The position numbers and the translations under genes were made by a program. From assembly GCF_006345805.1 (NCBI RefSeq), contig NC_043001.1, positions 81,034,001-81,098,000 on the forward strand: 64,000 nucleotides of DNA. The letters run 5' to 3'. The DNA is from Octopus sinensis (lineage: Eukaryota). Below the pieces are notes generated by a model. The model made no database searches and was not told the origin of the DNA. It was given only the letters and a program-made list of their open reading frames with translations. This document shows, one piece after another, positions 12,693-25,083 of this stretch; position 1 is the stretch's first letter; each line of letters begins with the position of its first letter.

Positions 12693-15377
12693 CACACACA
12701 CTCACACTGATTCATACATACAAACACACTTTTATATTGATTGCACAAAAGAGACATTAATTAGAAAGATCACATGTACATTTATCAGCCTTCACTGGTG
12801 TTAATTATATAGAACGCTATCTAGCAGAATTGGTGGGGCATCAGACAGTATACCTTGTAGTGCTCATTCAGTTGTACTCCTTTACATTCTGATCTTAAAT
12901 CCCTCCCTGTCTAGGTCAACTTTGCCTTTCATTTTTCCAGTGTAGATAAAATAAAAATAAAATAAAAAAAATATAATAGAATAACATAAAATACCAATCA
13001 AGTCTTGTTGTTGATATCAGACAAGTAGAAAACAAACAAACAAAAATCCTATAATTCATGCTTTAATCAATATACACATGTATAGGTATGTATGTACTTA
13101 AGTATGTTTATATAGGTATATGTATCCCTCTTTTACATGTGTGTGTATATATGTGCATGTGAGAAAGAGACAGAGTTAGAAGGAAATAGAGAGGGAGTGA
13201 GGGAGAATGTATGTGTAATTATATCAATTCTTGTATAAAGCTCCCATCACCATCACCTGAAGTATATAACATTGTGTGAGAAATCCTTCAGTGATGTTTT
13301 ATTGGTGATCAAGGTTTCGCCATTAACAAAAATACATTTATGCATTCTAGCAGCAAATCTTTAAACCACATTCTTCCATTCTTTCCCATTGATTAACCAA
13401 GAATGGGCAGGAAAGGAAGGTTGGTTGGTTGGTTGGGTGGGCGGGTGGTGGTGGTGGTTAATAGTGGTGGTGAGGTTTCGCATCATCAATAACAGGGGTG
13501 GGGGGGAGAGTGATGGAGTGCATGCATGTGCACTATGCACATGTATGTGTGTACGTTGTGTGTGTCAAAAATCATGCTTTCTTCTCCCCTAACACTAGCA
13601 CTTGTACGGGGATGGGTGGGGAATGGGAATGTCTACTTTCTTACATGGGGTCGGCTCCCTTACTCCGCTCCGCCTTCCCTTCAACGTAACCCTCTACTCT
13701 CACCTCCTCCCCTTCTTATTGAAACTAAACTACCCATTCTTCTTAGGACCCATCCTTTGCAGGAAAATCCATCATTCACTTTATATGCCCCACCCCTCAT
13801 CACCCTCCATCTGATTTATGTAGTAATGGTGGTGGTGGTGGTGGTGGTAATGTATTGTTGATGTTTTGGTACTTTTGTTGTTGTTGTTGTGGTGGTGGTC
13901 ATGTTAGCTGTGGCTATAATAATAGTAGCTGTTTTTGTTAGTGGTAGTGTTGGTGAAGATAGTAGTAGTAATAGTACTAGTAACCGTGATGGTTGCTCTT
14001 GTTTAACTCCAAGTCTATCCTGTTTGAGAATACCTAGGATCATAGGTACTGCAGCCATAGCACTCCTGTTTATTTATATGTGTGTGTGTTGTGTGTGTGC
14101 ATGTAAAAAAAAAGACTACAATGTGCTTTTTTTGTTTTTGGTCTTGTTTTTAAAGATGGTAGAGTATGATTTGAATGATGTGTAGCTGCTATTTCTAGCA
14201 CATCGATTAACTACATAGCTTCTCTCAAACTCATGAGGGTTAGAAGTAGTGGCAGTGGCCATTATTAGTTGTAGTCATAGGTGGTGGCTGTTGTAATACT
14301 AGTGGTCATAGTGAGGCCAAATTGGTGTCAGTAGTGGTGGTCATTAGTAGTAGTAGTGTGGTGGTTGTTCAACCCAGACATAGCTGATCAATGATCAAAG
14401 TCATTCCAACCATGGCTGTCCTGTTTAAAACATTCTACTCTTGGCTGTCCAGCCTGATGCAGATATAGCTGTGGGAGTTAAGACACTTGCTTCCCAACCA
14501 TGTGGTCTTGGGTTCAGTCCCACTGTGCAGCACCTTGGGCAAGTGTCTTCTAGTATAGCCTTGTGCTAACCAAAGCCTAGTACTTGGATTAGGTGGAGGG
14601 GAAACTGAAAGAAGCCTGTTGTATATATGTAAGTTCCTGTCCTCCTTCCCACTTGCATTGCTTGACAACCAGTGCTGGTTTGTTTGCATCCTTGTACCTT
14701 AGTAGCTTGGCAAAAGAATAAGTGCCTCATTATGAAAAATATTTACTGGGATTGATTAGTTTGACTTAAAACCCTTCAAGGCAGTGCCCCAGAATGGCCA
14801 CACTCCAAAGACTGAAACAAGTAAAAGATATAAAGTAAAATATATCCAGGATAACATTATTTATTACCGACCTTCCTTTTTTTTTCCAAGGCATAATATA
14901 ATTTAAGGGAGATTTAGCTACTATTTTTAGCACACTGGTTGAGTATGTTGAGAGAGATCTCCCACATTGATAGTGATTGATGTGGTGATCTCATTGATTT
15001 GATTTAGTTATAGATACAGTTTCTTTCAGCCAGGAATACAGCATCACTGAAAAATATGTAGCAAGATAGAAAAGGAAGTTTTGTGTTGTATCAAGTTTTT
15101 TTATTGTGGTATGGGTTATTTAAGGAAGCAACCAAAGCATTTCTAAGGGAATGGTGTCTGGAAGTGTTGCTTATCTTGATAAATACATAATGTGTTGTAC
15201 ATGTGTATGTATATGTATGTTTGGGTGTTGTGTATATTTACATACAAACATATGTATGTGTATATGTGTATGTATATATATACATATATATATGATATGC
15301 ATGTATATGTGCGTCTATATATGAGTGTGTATGTATATGTGTATTTATGAGTGCATATGTGTGTGTGTGGGTGTATG

Positions 15378-15419
<42 letters not shown>

Positions 15420-15697
15420 TATATATACACACACACTTGTTAGATCATGTACTTTGGTTGTGACTAGCTTAAGAGTGTGTGTGTGTGTATATATATATAT
15501 GTATATATATATGTATATATATATGTATATATATATATATGTGTATATATATATATATGTGTGTGTGTATATATATATGTGTGTATATATATGTGTGTAT
15601 ATATATATGTGTGTATATATATATGTGTATATATATATGTGTATATATATATGTGTATATATATGTATATATATATGTGTGTATATATATGTATATA

Positions 15698-15753
<56 letters not shown>

Positions 15754-17731
15754 TGCGCGCATGTACGTATGTATATGTTGTATGAAGTGTTGCAGAAAGG
15801 ATAAAGAGCAGGAGGGGATGGAGAAGGAGGGGTCGTATGGTGGTGGGTGTGAGCTCCTCCTCTTTCTTGCTGCCCCAGTTGTCGGTGTGCGTGGGTGGGG
15901 GGGTGGAGTGTCCGTGAATATGTGATGGATTCTTTTTTTTTCCCTACATGTTGCTGATATATGGCAGCAGGAGGGGTGGGGTAGGGGTCGAGGAAAGGGT
16001 AAAAATAGAGAAGGGCTTGGAATGGTCTCCTCTGGCATCAGTGGTGATGATCGCTGGGATGTGTATTGGGGGAGGGGGGCGCAAGGGAGGTGCAGAAATC
16101 AGGCACTGGCTGGAGGGGGGGGGGCGATGTTCTTGTTTGGTATTGTATGTATGTGGCAGTAAAGAGTGAGATTGTGTGTGTTAAGGGAGGTAGGAGTTAT
16201 TGGAACTTATTACTCATTCTTATTATTGATCAGATCTGTCTTGAAGATATCTTGTATGGTGGTGATGGTAGTGATAAAGGTTTGCGTTTGGCTGTGATGA
16301 TTTGGTTACAGTAGAGGCAGCAGCAGCATTGGCGGCATCTTTGGGATGGGTGGTGTTGTCGGTTGCTATCGAAAGAACAAATAAATAAATAAATGAATAT
16401 CAGAGAGGAAGGAACCTGTTGTTATTTCTTCACCGGTCTTTCTTGTAACTTCAAACATGGCTTCTATTTTTTATAATATACCATCTAACAACAGAACAAG
16501 TTAATTGATGCATGCATGTATTTCACAGCTTCCTAATTAATTATTTTTTTGATTAATGTTAAAAGTTTTGGCTTTCATCTTTGTTTTACTTGTATTAATC
16601 ATTGGCATTTGGCTATGCTGGGGTACCAACTTGAAGGGCTTTAGTCAAACAAACCGACCCCAGCACTTACATTTTTTATGTTTGCTTATTTTTTTTTTTA
16701 GTCTGGTGCTTATTTTAATGATCTGTTTTGTTGAACCACTAAGTTACTGAGCTGTAAACAAACCAACACAGGCTGTTTGCAGTGATAGCAAGATCAGCAA
16801 AATTCTTGTGAGTGGATTTAGCAGACGAAAACCGAAAGAAGCCCGTGTGTGTGTGTGTGTATGTATGTATGTCTCTCTCTCTCTCTCTCTCTCTCTATAA
16901 ATATATATATATATATATATATGAATGTGTATTTTTGTGTCGGTTTGTCCCTATATCTTGACAACTGGTGTTGGTGTGTTTATGTCCCCACAATTTAGTG
17001 GTTTCGCAAAAGATACCAATGGATTAAGTACCAGATTTTACAAAAATTAATTATTGTTGGGGTCAATTCCTTTTGACTAAAATTCTTCAAGGCAGTGCCC
17101 CAACATGGTTGCAATCCAATGACTGAAACAAGTAAAAGATAAAAGATATATGATGGACTCACCTGTTGAAAACAATGTTTTTAGCCAAATTACCTGTGCA
17201 AATGATTTGTTTATAGTGATCTTATGTGTGTGTTGTACATCAGCTCACACCTCCATCAAATCAACCTTGTTTGAACCAGTTTTCAGTGTACCATATGTCA
17301 GGTGTTGAAGTGATTGCAGAGCAGTGTGAAATGAAGTGTTTTGCTCAATAACACAACACACCACCTGGTCCAGGAATTGAAACCACGATCTTGTAATCAT
17401 GAGTACAACACCCTAACCATTAGGCCATGTGCTCTCTGTCTCCCTCTCTTTCTCATACACACACACATATTTGTTAAGAGAGAAAGAATCCTTGGTAGGA
17501 TAAAGAATTGGAGTGTTTCCATTGCAGTACTCAACCTGAATTCATGCCTATTTACACTAGAGTCTTAAGGAAGATTGAAATTCCACAGATGAAGAAAATT
17601 CAGGTATATCACCTGTAAATATTTCACATGAAATTATTTATATGCAATGGCATTGACATAAGGTGTTACTGAAACATTTCTAACTAATTATAAAGACATG
17701 CTAAATTCATTTTTTGTCTTCTTAAATGAAT

Positions 17732-17783
<52 letters not shown>

Positions 17784-20086
17784 TATGCACACACACATGC
17801 ACAATAAGCTTCCACACTGTTTTATCTACTAAATTCACCCACAACACTAATTGGCTTAGGGTTACATAGTAGAAGACACTTGCCCAAGGTATCACACACT
17901 AGGACTGAACCAGAGACCATCTCAACCACACCATTTTCTAAATGGCTTAAAATACACAGAAACTAATAATTTAGACATATTGAGTGTAGTACAGAATTAG
18001 CTGACATCCGAAATATATATTTTGTATATTCTCTCAGTATGTGACAGTTCTATATTCAAAATCACACCAAGAATTAATATCAACCTACATCTACCACTCC
18101 CACCAGAAGTATAAAATATCTTAAGGAGTAAGTTATTTGACCTATTAGTAAGTTTTAAATTAACTGCTGTTTCTAGCTGACCGATTAATCATGTAGTTGC
18201 CCCACCCCATCTCATGATTGCTTGTTTCTGGGATGGGTGGTTTATATTACATAATTTTAGTTACTGTGATGAGAATATGTTAGATCATTTAATTTTTATC
18301 GTTTATCTTTTACTTGTTTCAGTCATTGGACTGCAATCATACTGAGGCACCACTTTAGGGGATTTTTTTTTTTTTTTTTTTTTTTTAGTTAAATGAAACC
18401 TCCTAGTGCTTATTTTTTGAAAACAAGGTACATGTTCTATCATTTTCCTTTGCTGAATCACTAAGTTACAGGGACATATATTTGTACACACACACACACA
18501 CACACTTCTTTTAGTTTTCATCTACCAAATTCACTCTCATGCTTTGGTCAGCCTGGGGCTATAGTTGCCCTTGGTTCCAAACAATAGGATTGAACCCAAG
18601 ACCACATTGTTGGAAAGCAAGCTTCTTTACCACACAACCATACCTATACCTATATTTATACATGTGCTACATAGATATAAGGAAATATTGCCTTGCTTGA
18701 AAACAAGTAAGGGCATTTGGCTCATAGAAAATCTGCCTCGACAAATTCTATCTGACACCTCCATCTGACAAACTGAACATTAAATGACGATGATGATGAT
18801 GTTAAAAATCAGTTCTGTCTGTAGCTGGACACCTATGTGCTGCCCCTGTGGATCATCATCATCATCCTTTAATGCCCATTTTGTATGCTGGCATGGGTTG
18901 GTTTGACAGGATGTCATTGGTCCAAGGACTACATTTTGAATCATATTTTAGTATTTAGTTTGGCATGGATTCCACAGTCAAAAGCCCTTCCTTATGCCAA
19001 CCACTTTACAGTGTATACACAGTGTTTTGTATTTTTTCTTCCATGACCCCATCTCTAGAGAAGTCACCAAGTAGTTTGCAAAACCTTAAAAAATTAACTC
19101 TTTACTGAGTTGGGCTATAATTGACCTTGTGCCAGTGGAGACCTCCTGCATTCTCAGCCCCTGGTGCATATCCCTGCTCACCATTATTGGAGCAGAGATG
19201 GCTATCTGCAAGTACAAGCCCCATGAGTCAAAGTGACTGTTCCATCACATCTTCCTCACTATCCTCCAGGGGAATGCCTTTTCCATTTTGTCTGCTGGGA
19301 CCATGAGGCATTCTGAATTACAGGAAATTGAGAGTGTGTAAGAATATTGCAACTTACAGCACAAACAATAAACTCACACAAATATATACAAAGGACAGTG
19401 AAACAAGCAGCCACTCACAGACAGACCAATCATAATTTTCCTTTCATTCCCTTGGTACAGTGATGGGAGGCTAAAGTGTGAAACCCTAGATGTAAGACTA
19501 GTTCAGTTAAAATAGCAAAAGCAATTTATAAACCCAAATTTAAGAAGATATTTTATAAGCTAATTAACCCTTTAACTGTGAAATTGAATTTTATGGTCAT
19601 TCCAGCTATGATGTTAAATATCTACCAAAAATAGAATTGGCATTTTATGCAAGTCACGTTGTCTCAATAAACTTGACATATTTCAGCAGAAAATAGTTTC
19701 AAGCATGATAGCGTCAACAAAGGTTAGATTGGTATATAAAATTGCTCTCCACAGTTAAGAGTGATGAAATTTTGATTGGCTATATCTGCTTCCTACTGTA
19801 AAAGCGTTAAAGAACATAGTCACATAGTAACTGATAGATATGTAGTTTTAACTGATTTCATGGACTTGTTGCTCTTTGCCTCTCAGCTTGGGCCTTATAA
19901 TTGTCTATTATTATTTGGATAAAATGAATTTGAGCAATTATATTCATAACTAAGCATAGTTGTTATTTTAACTACAGATACTTACTCATATGTATGTATG
20001 TGTGTATGTATGTATGTACATATGTATGTATGTGTGTATATATATATATATATATAATATATATAGAGAGAGAGATAGGGAGAATT

Positions 20087-20272
20087 CATAAAAAACCAAA
20101 GACAAAGACATGTAGGTGTAGTTAACAAACAGATGTATTAGTATAACGCTTGGAAAGTGAAAAAGTCTTTAATGTTTCGAGCCTATGCTCTTCCACAGAA
20201 AGGAACACAGAAAGAAACAAGGAGAGAAAATAAAGAATGTATAGTGGCTAGCGATTTATCATGGCAAATATA
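20087..20272 (-). mobile_element. Short TA/GA-microsatellite-flanked element, Penelope-like pLTR remnant (inferred)
   Basis: Unique ~185-bp segment between (TA)n(GA)n and (TA)n. It contains the hammerhead-like motif above. The right border has a short tandem duplication GCAAATATATTAAC x2. Confidence 0.4.
20167..20202 (-). ncRNA. Degenerate minimal hammerhead-like motif
   Basis: Minus strand reads CTTT-CTGTGGA-A-GAGC(ATAG)GCTC-GAAA-CATT-AAAG. Stem I is 4 bp, the core has A6 to U, there is an extra nt before stem II, stem II is 4 bp, and GAAA is intact. The stem III region CATT is possibly a CpG-decayed CGT. Confidence 0.33.
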
Positions 20273-20520
20273 TTAACCGCAAATATATTAACTGCAAATA
20301 TATATATATAGGAATATACATACATTAACACAAATTATCATGAAAGTCCAAGATACTAAATTTATGTTTAAAAACTTTAAGGTGTGTGTATATTTCATAA
20401 ATACACACACATGTAACACATACGCATGTGTGGAGAATAGATGTTAAATGATGATATATGCACATATACATATAATATATAAACATATACATATATATTT
20501 ATACATACAAATATATATAT

Positions 20521-20576
<56 letters not shown>

Positions 20577-22167
20577 TTCACACACACACACAGACATATA
20601 TATATATATATATACATATACACACACTCATATATATACATGGTTTGGAATTCAGCCCCAATGGATGGAACATTGGGCAAGTGTCTTCAACAAAGCCCAG
20701 GGTCAATATAAATATATGTGTGTATAATACATATGTATGTATTTACACACACAGTGAAGCCTGGTATAGTCTGCTGCCTATCCAGCCCCTATCAAAGTGT
20801 CCAACCCATGCCAGCAAGGAAAACAAATGTTAAATGATGATGCTGATGATGATGGTGACACCTACTCCCATGTGTTCATGTTATCTAGTGCTATGTGAAT
20901 GCATATAGAAAGCAGATGAAGTTTTTTTCATTAATTCTTTCCCCATTATCCCTGATTCCAAAGGGATCACTCCAAATTCCAAACCCAACACACACACACA
21001 TACACACACACAACCACCATCCATACAATAAAGTGCGCACACACACCATTTCTTTACTTATATCACCTCAAACCACTTTATTGTATGTAGAACAAAAAAA
21101 GTTACCAAATGAATTATAAAGCAAATGATGGGGAAGGAAGACTAAAATGTTGGGCGGGAGAGGTGTTTATAAAAAAAATTCTTATCTGGAGAACATAATG
21201 GTTTTGTATAGGAGGAGTATCAGAGAGGAAAAAGAGGATTCTGCGAAAGGGTGGTGAGGAGATAATCCATCTTTAAGTATAAGGGCACCAATATCATTAC
21301 CAGAACATCTCTCCAAGGACAACATAACAAGTCTAACACATTACATTACATCTACATATCTTTCAGAAGAGGAAAACACAGGAAGGATAGTAACAGTGTC
21401 GGAATGGTGGTGGTGACAGTGGGAGGACAGCAGTGGTGATGGTGGTGGTGGTGGTGGTGGTGGGAAATAAACACTGGCAAAAGACAATGGTGGGGGACTG
21501 TGGCGATGATGATGATGATGATGATGATGTATGTAGGGGAGTCAGTGAAATGAATGTAGCTTGGATGGAAGCAGGGGTCAGTGGACAGGATATTACAAAT
21601 GATCCTAAGGGAGTGAGCTCTTCTTCTTCAGCCAGTAGACAGTAATAGTAGCCAACCAACCTATAATTGCTTAACCGCCCTTAAAGAACAAGGGGCATTG
21701 GTTGTGTAGGAGATGATGGGCAGGGACATTGGTTGGCTTGTATAGGGGCAGAGAACTGGACTAATAGGCAATATTATAAGATATGATACAAGTTCAGTGA
21801 CAGGCAGACAAAAAAAGAAAACAGAAAAGGAAAAGAAAAGAACCCCAGATTCTATGTATGAATTTGGTGAAAAGGTAAGTTGCAGGGATGGGAAGTGGGG
21901 TAAGAATGACAAATGATCAATTGACTGGGTTAGTTTAGGGACAGATAGAAAAATAGAGGAGCATCCAACCCACACAGCACTGCCTACTCTTGCACTGGTC
22001 ACTGCTGTCCATCAGGCAGACAGAGAGAAAGAGAGAGAAAGAAACTGGGAGAATGAGAAGTAGAGGCAGGTAAGCATGTAGTGGACTACACTTGACAAAT
22101 GACTGGGTTACCACACACACTAAGACAACACAAGAACATACACACAAAACATTAGCTCGCGCATGCG

Positions 22168-22200
<33 letters not shown>

Positions 22201-23907
22201 AGTCCAAGCAAGCTGTGGACACGAGTGACAAATTATAGAGATACTTTGGTTGGTAGGAATTGATTTTGAAAGAGGACAAATTACAAACGAAAGAGTGGGG
22301 ATGGTGGTGGTGGTTGGGGGTAAAGGTGGTGGTAACACATGGAATGTAAGAACATTTATTCTGAAGGGAATTTAATATAATGGTTTCTTATTCCCTATAT
22401 ATGACCACCAGCACCTACCTATACCACCACCACCATCCACCACCTGTATCACTACCAACACCACCACTGTATCACCAGTGCAACTAATCTCACCCTCCCT
22501 CCAGCCTCACAGGGAAAACACTATGAGACAAGAAATGAGAGAGAGAGAGAGAGAGAGAGAGATAGAAGGGTAACATAAGGCAATTGTGCCTTTCTACGTA
22601 GAAATTCACAAATCTAATGCAAAGTTGGATTGAAATTAAGGGTTCCTACAGGAGTTTAATGCTTTTGATACCAACCTGTTTGAGACTGGCCCCTGGTTCT
22701 CTGATACATGCTTCCTGTTTTGAAGTAATCTGCATTAAAACTTTCTGTCAAAATTCTATATTAATTTGTGTTCCCAAACACCAGTTCCATAAATTCTTAA
22801 TTATTTTCAAAATTAATTGAAACCGATGCAATGTGTTTCAACAGAAATATGGTAACAAAATGGTTAAATACTAACTCATGAAATCCAGAGGCTCAACTAG
22901 CTGAGAACTTGCTACCATTAGAACACATTATGCCATTGTATTTTTATTCTTTTTGTTTTGCTTTTTATCAAAGGTTTTTTTAATGGGGCAAAGCCATGCA
23001 TTTTCAAGTAGGAGATATAGCTGATTATATTGATTCCCAGGATATGGCGAGTACATATTTTACCTCCATTTTCAGGTATGGAATATATGGATTATATTTA
23101 TCCCCAGTATATGGCTGGTACATATTTTACCTGAATTTTTAGGTAGGGGATATAGACGATTATATTGATCCTCAGGATATTGCTGGTACATATTTTACCA
23201 TTTCTAAAAGGATCAGAAATAAAATAAGACTCAGTGAGATTGTAATAAAAGGCATTTTATCTGGTGTATGTATTCTTTCACAAGGTATTGGCCACCCTAA
23301 GGGAGGAAGCTATACTAGAAGACATATGGCAGTGGAAAAATATTATTTAAATTCAAAATTTTAAAAACTTAAGAAAATCCATTCTCATCTGCTGCTTGGT
23401 AATGTAAATAAATATCATAGACTTAATTGTCCTGACACATTATTGTAGTATTAGTAGGGTATAAATTAAGATACAATTACTTTAGACAAATACAGGTATA
23501 TCAAATAACATATAACATAAATTCTTTGTTAAAATTATCTCCATCTCTAGAGGATGCATTGTAATTACCAAACACAATTAAGACCAGACTGCTTGAAAAG
23601 AGGAAATAATCTCTTTTTGTTTGAAACACATACTATCCAGACCATAAATTAGTCTACTAGATGATAGCTATTGAACTAGAAACCTGTGTCTACAACTATT
23701 CTCTTTGTAGACATTATGTCAGTCCTTTTCCTTCGTGGCATATCACTTTTGGAGAATTCTTGAAACCTGAGATTATCTCCCCTTCTGAAGTGACCCTCAT
23801 CTCAGTTGTCATTTGATAATTGTGATAGATTGTCTAGAGGTGAAGATAATTTTAATAAATCACAAATTTTGTTGTAAAGTATTTGATACACCTGTATTCA
23901 TCTATGT

Positions 23908-24388
23908 CAGTGGTTCTCAACAATGTTTTGCTTGTGGATCCCTTTGATTCCTATTTTATTCTACTAGACTGCCATAGACATTCAATGTTTAACCCTTTTG
24001 ATACCAACTCACCTGAAACCATCTCTGGCTCTGCAGCACAAATGTCTTGTTTTCAAAAGTTCTGAATTAAAATCTTCTACCAAATCTTAGTCACAATTTA
24101 TGTCCCTAACACTAGCTTAATGATAACTAAATTATTTTACTAAATTCTTTGTTATATTTAAAATTAATTGAAAGAAACACAGAGTATCCCAACAGAAATA
24201 TAATTACAAAAGGGTTATAAAATCTTATAATTTTTATAATTGAATATTATTAGGAATTGTATAAAAAAAATGGTTAAAGTATTTTGGTGTATTGTAGAAG
24301 TATGATCAATTTATTGCACATAAACTTTAACAACAAAATTTCCTGTGAATCCCACAAGGGCCATATGGACCCCAGTTAAGAACTACTG
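23908..24388 (+). mobile_element. hAT (Charlie-like) MITE with a nested insertion
   Basis: TIRs CAGTGGTTCTCAAC / GTTAAGAACTACTG. 8-bp TSD ATCTATGT (23900-07) / ATCTGTGT (24389-96). Confidence 0.85.
23993..24214 (+). mobile_element. piggyBac-type MITE nested in the hAT MITE
   Basis: TTAA|CCCTTTTGATACC ... CAAAAGGG|TTAT. The un-interrupted hAT copy at 24831-25083 has TTAA at the equivalent site. Confidence 0.8.
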
Positions 24389-24830
24389 ATCTGTGTTGTT
24401 AAGATAAATACCACTGACCACTCTGAGTTATTTCTCTTAACTTAGTTTGTTTAAATTTTACTTAGTTCTTCATTACTCACTGGAGTGAGCCAGTCATATA
24501 TGTTTCAATAAACACAGGCAAATACACCGATCGATCTGTCTCTTTTCACTCACACCTATTCTCATGTGTTCATCCTTACAAACTCACTCATTCTTGCACA
24601 TTTTCACCCTTACCTTCTCACATATTCATCTTTAGATATTCTCTCAAGATATTCTCACATACACACTTAATCTCTCAGGTCAATCCTCACTCAAGATACC
24701 CTTCTACTCACACTCATACTCTCACATGATCATCCTCACTGAAAACACTCTCACATTCACAAAATCAAACTCATTCTCACACTCTTATCCTCACTCAAGG
24801 CACTCTCAAACTCACAATTTTTTTTTATGG

Positions 24831-25083
24831 TAGTGTTTTTCAACCACTTTTTCTCAATGGACCCTTTTGATTCCTATTTTAATAGGGTGGAACCTCATAG
24901 CCATTTGATATTTTAAAAACTCCCATTATATTTTATAATTAAATATTATTAGGAATTGTATAAAAAATTGTTAAACTATTTTGTGTATTGTACAAGTATA
25001 ACCAGTTTATTGCTGATAAATTTTAACAAAAAATTCTTGTATGGATCCCTAAGGGTCATATGGACCCCAGTTGAGAACCACAG
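24831..25083 (+). mobile_element. hAT (Charlie-like) MITE, empty-site version
   Basis: Ends TAGTGTTTTTCAAC / GTTGAGAACCACAG. TSD TTTTATGG / GTTTATGG. Confidence 0.82.
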
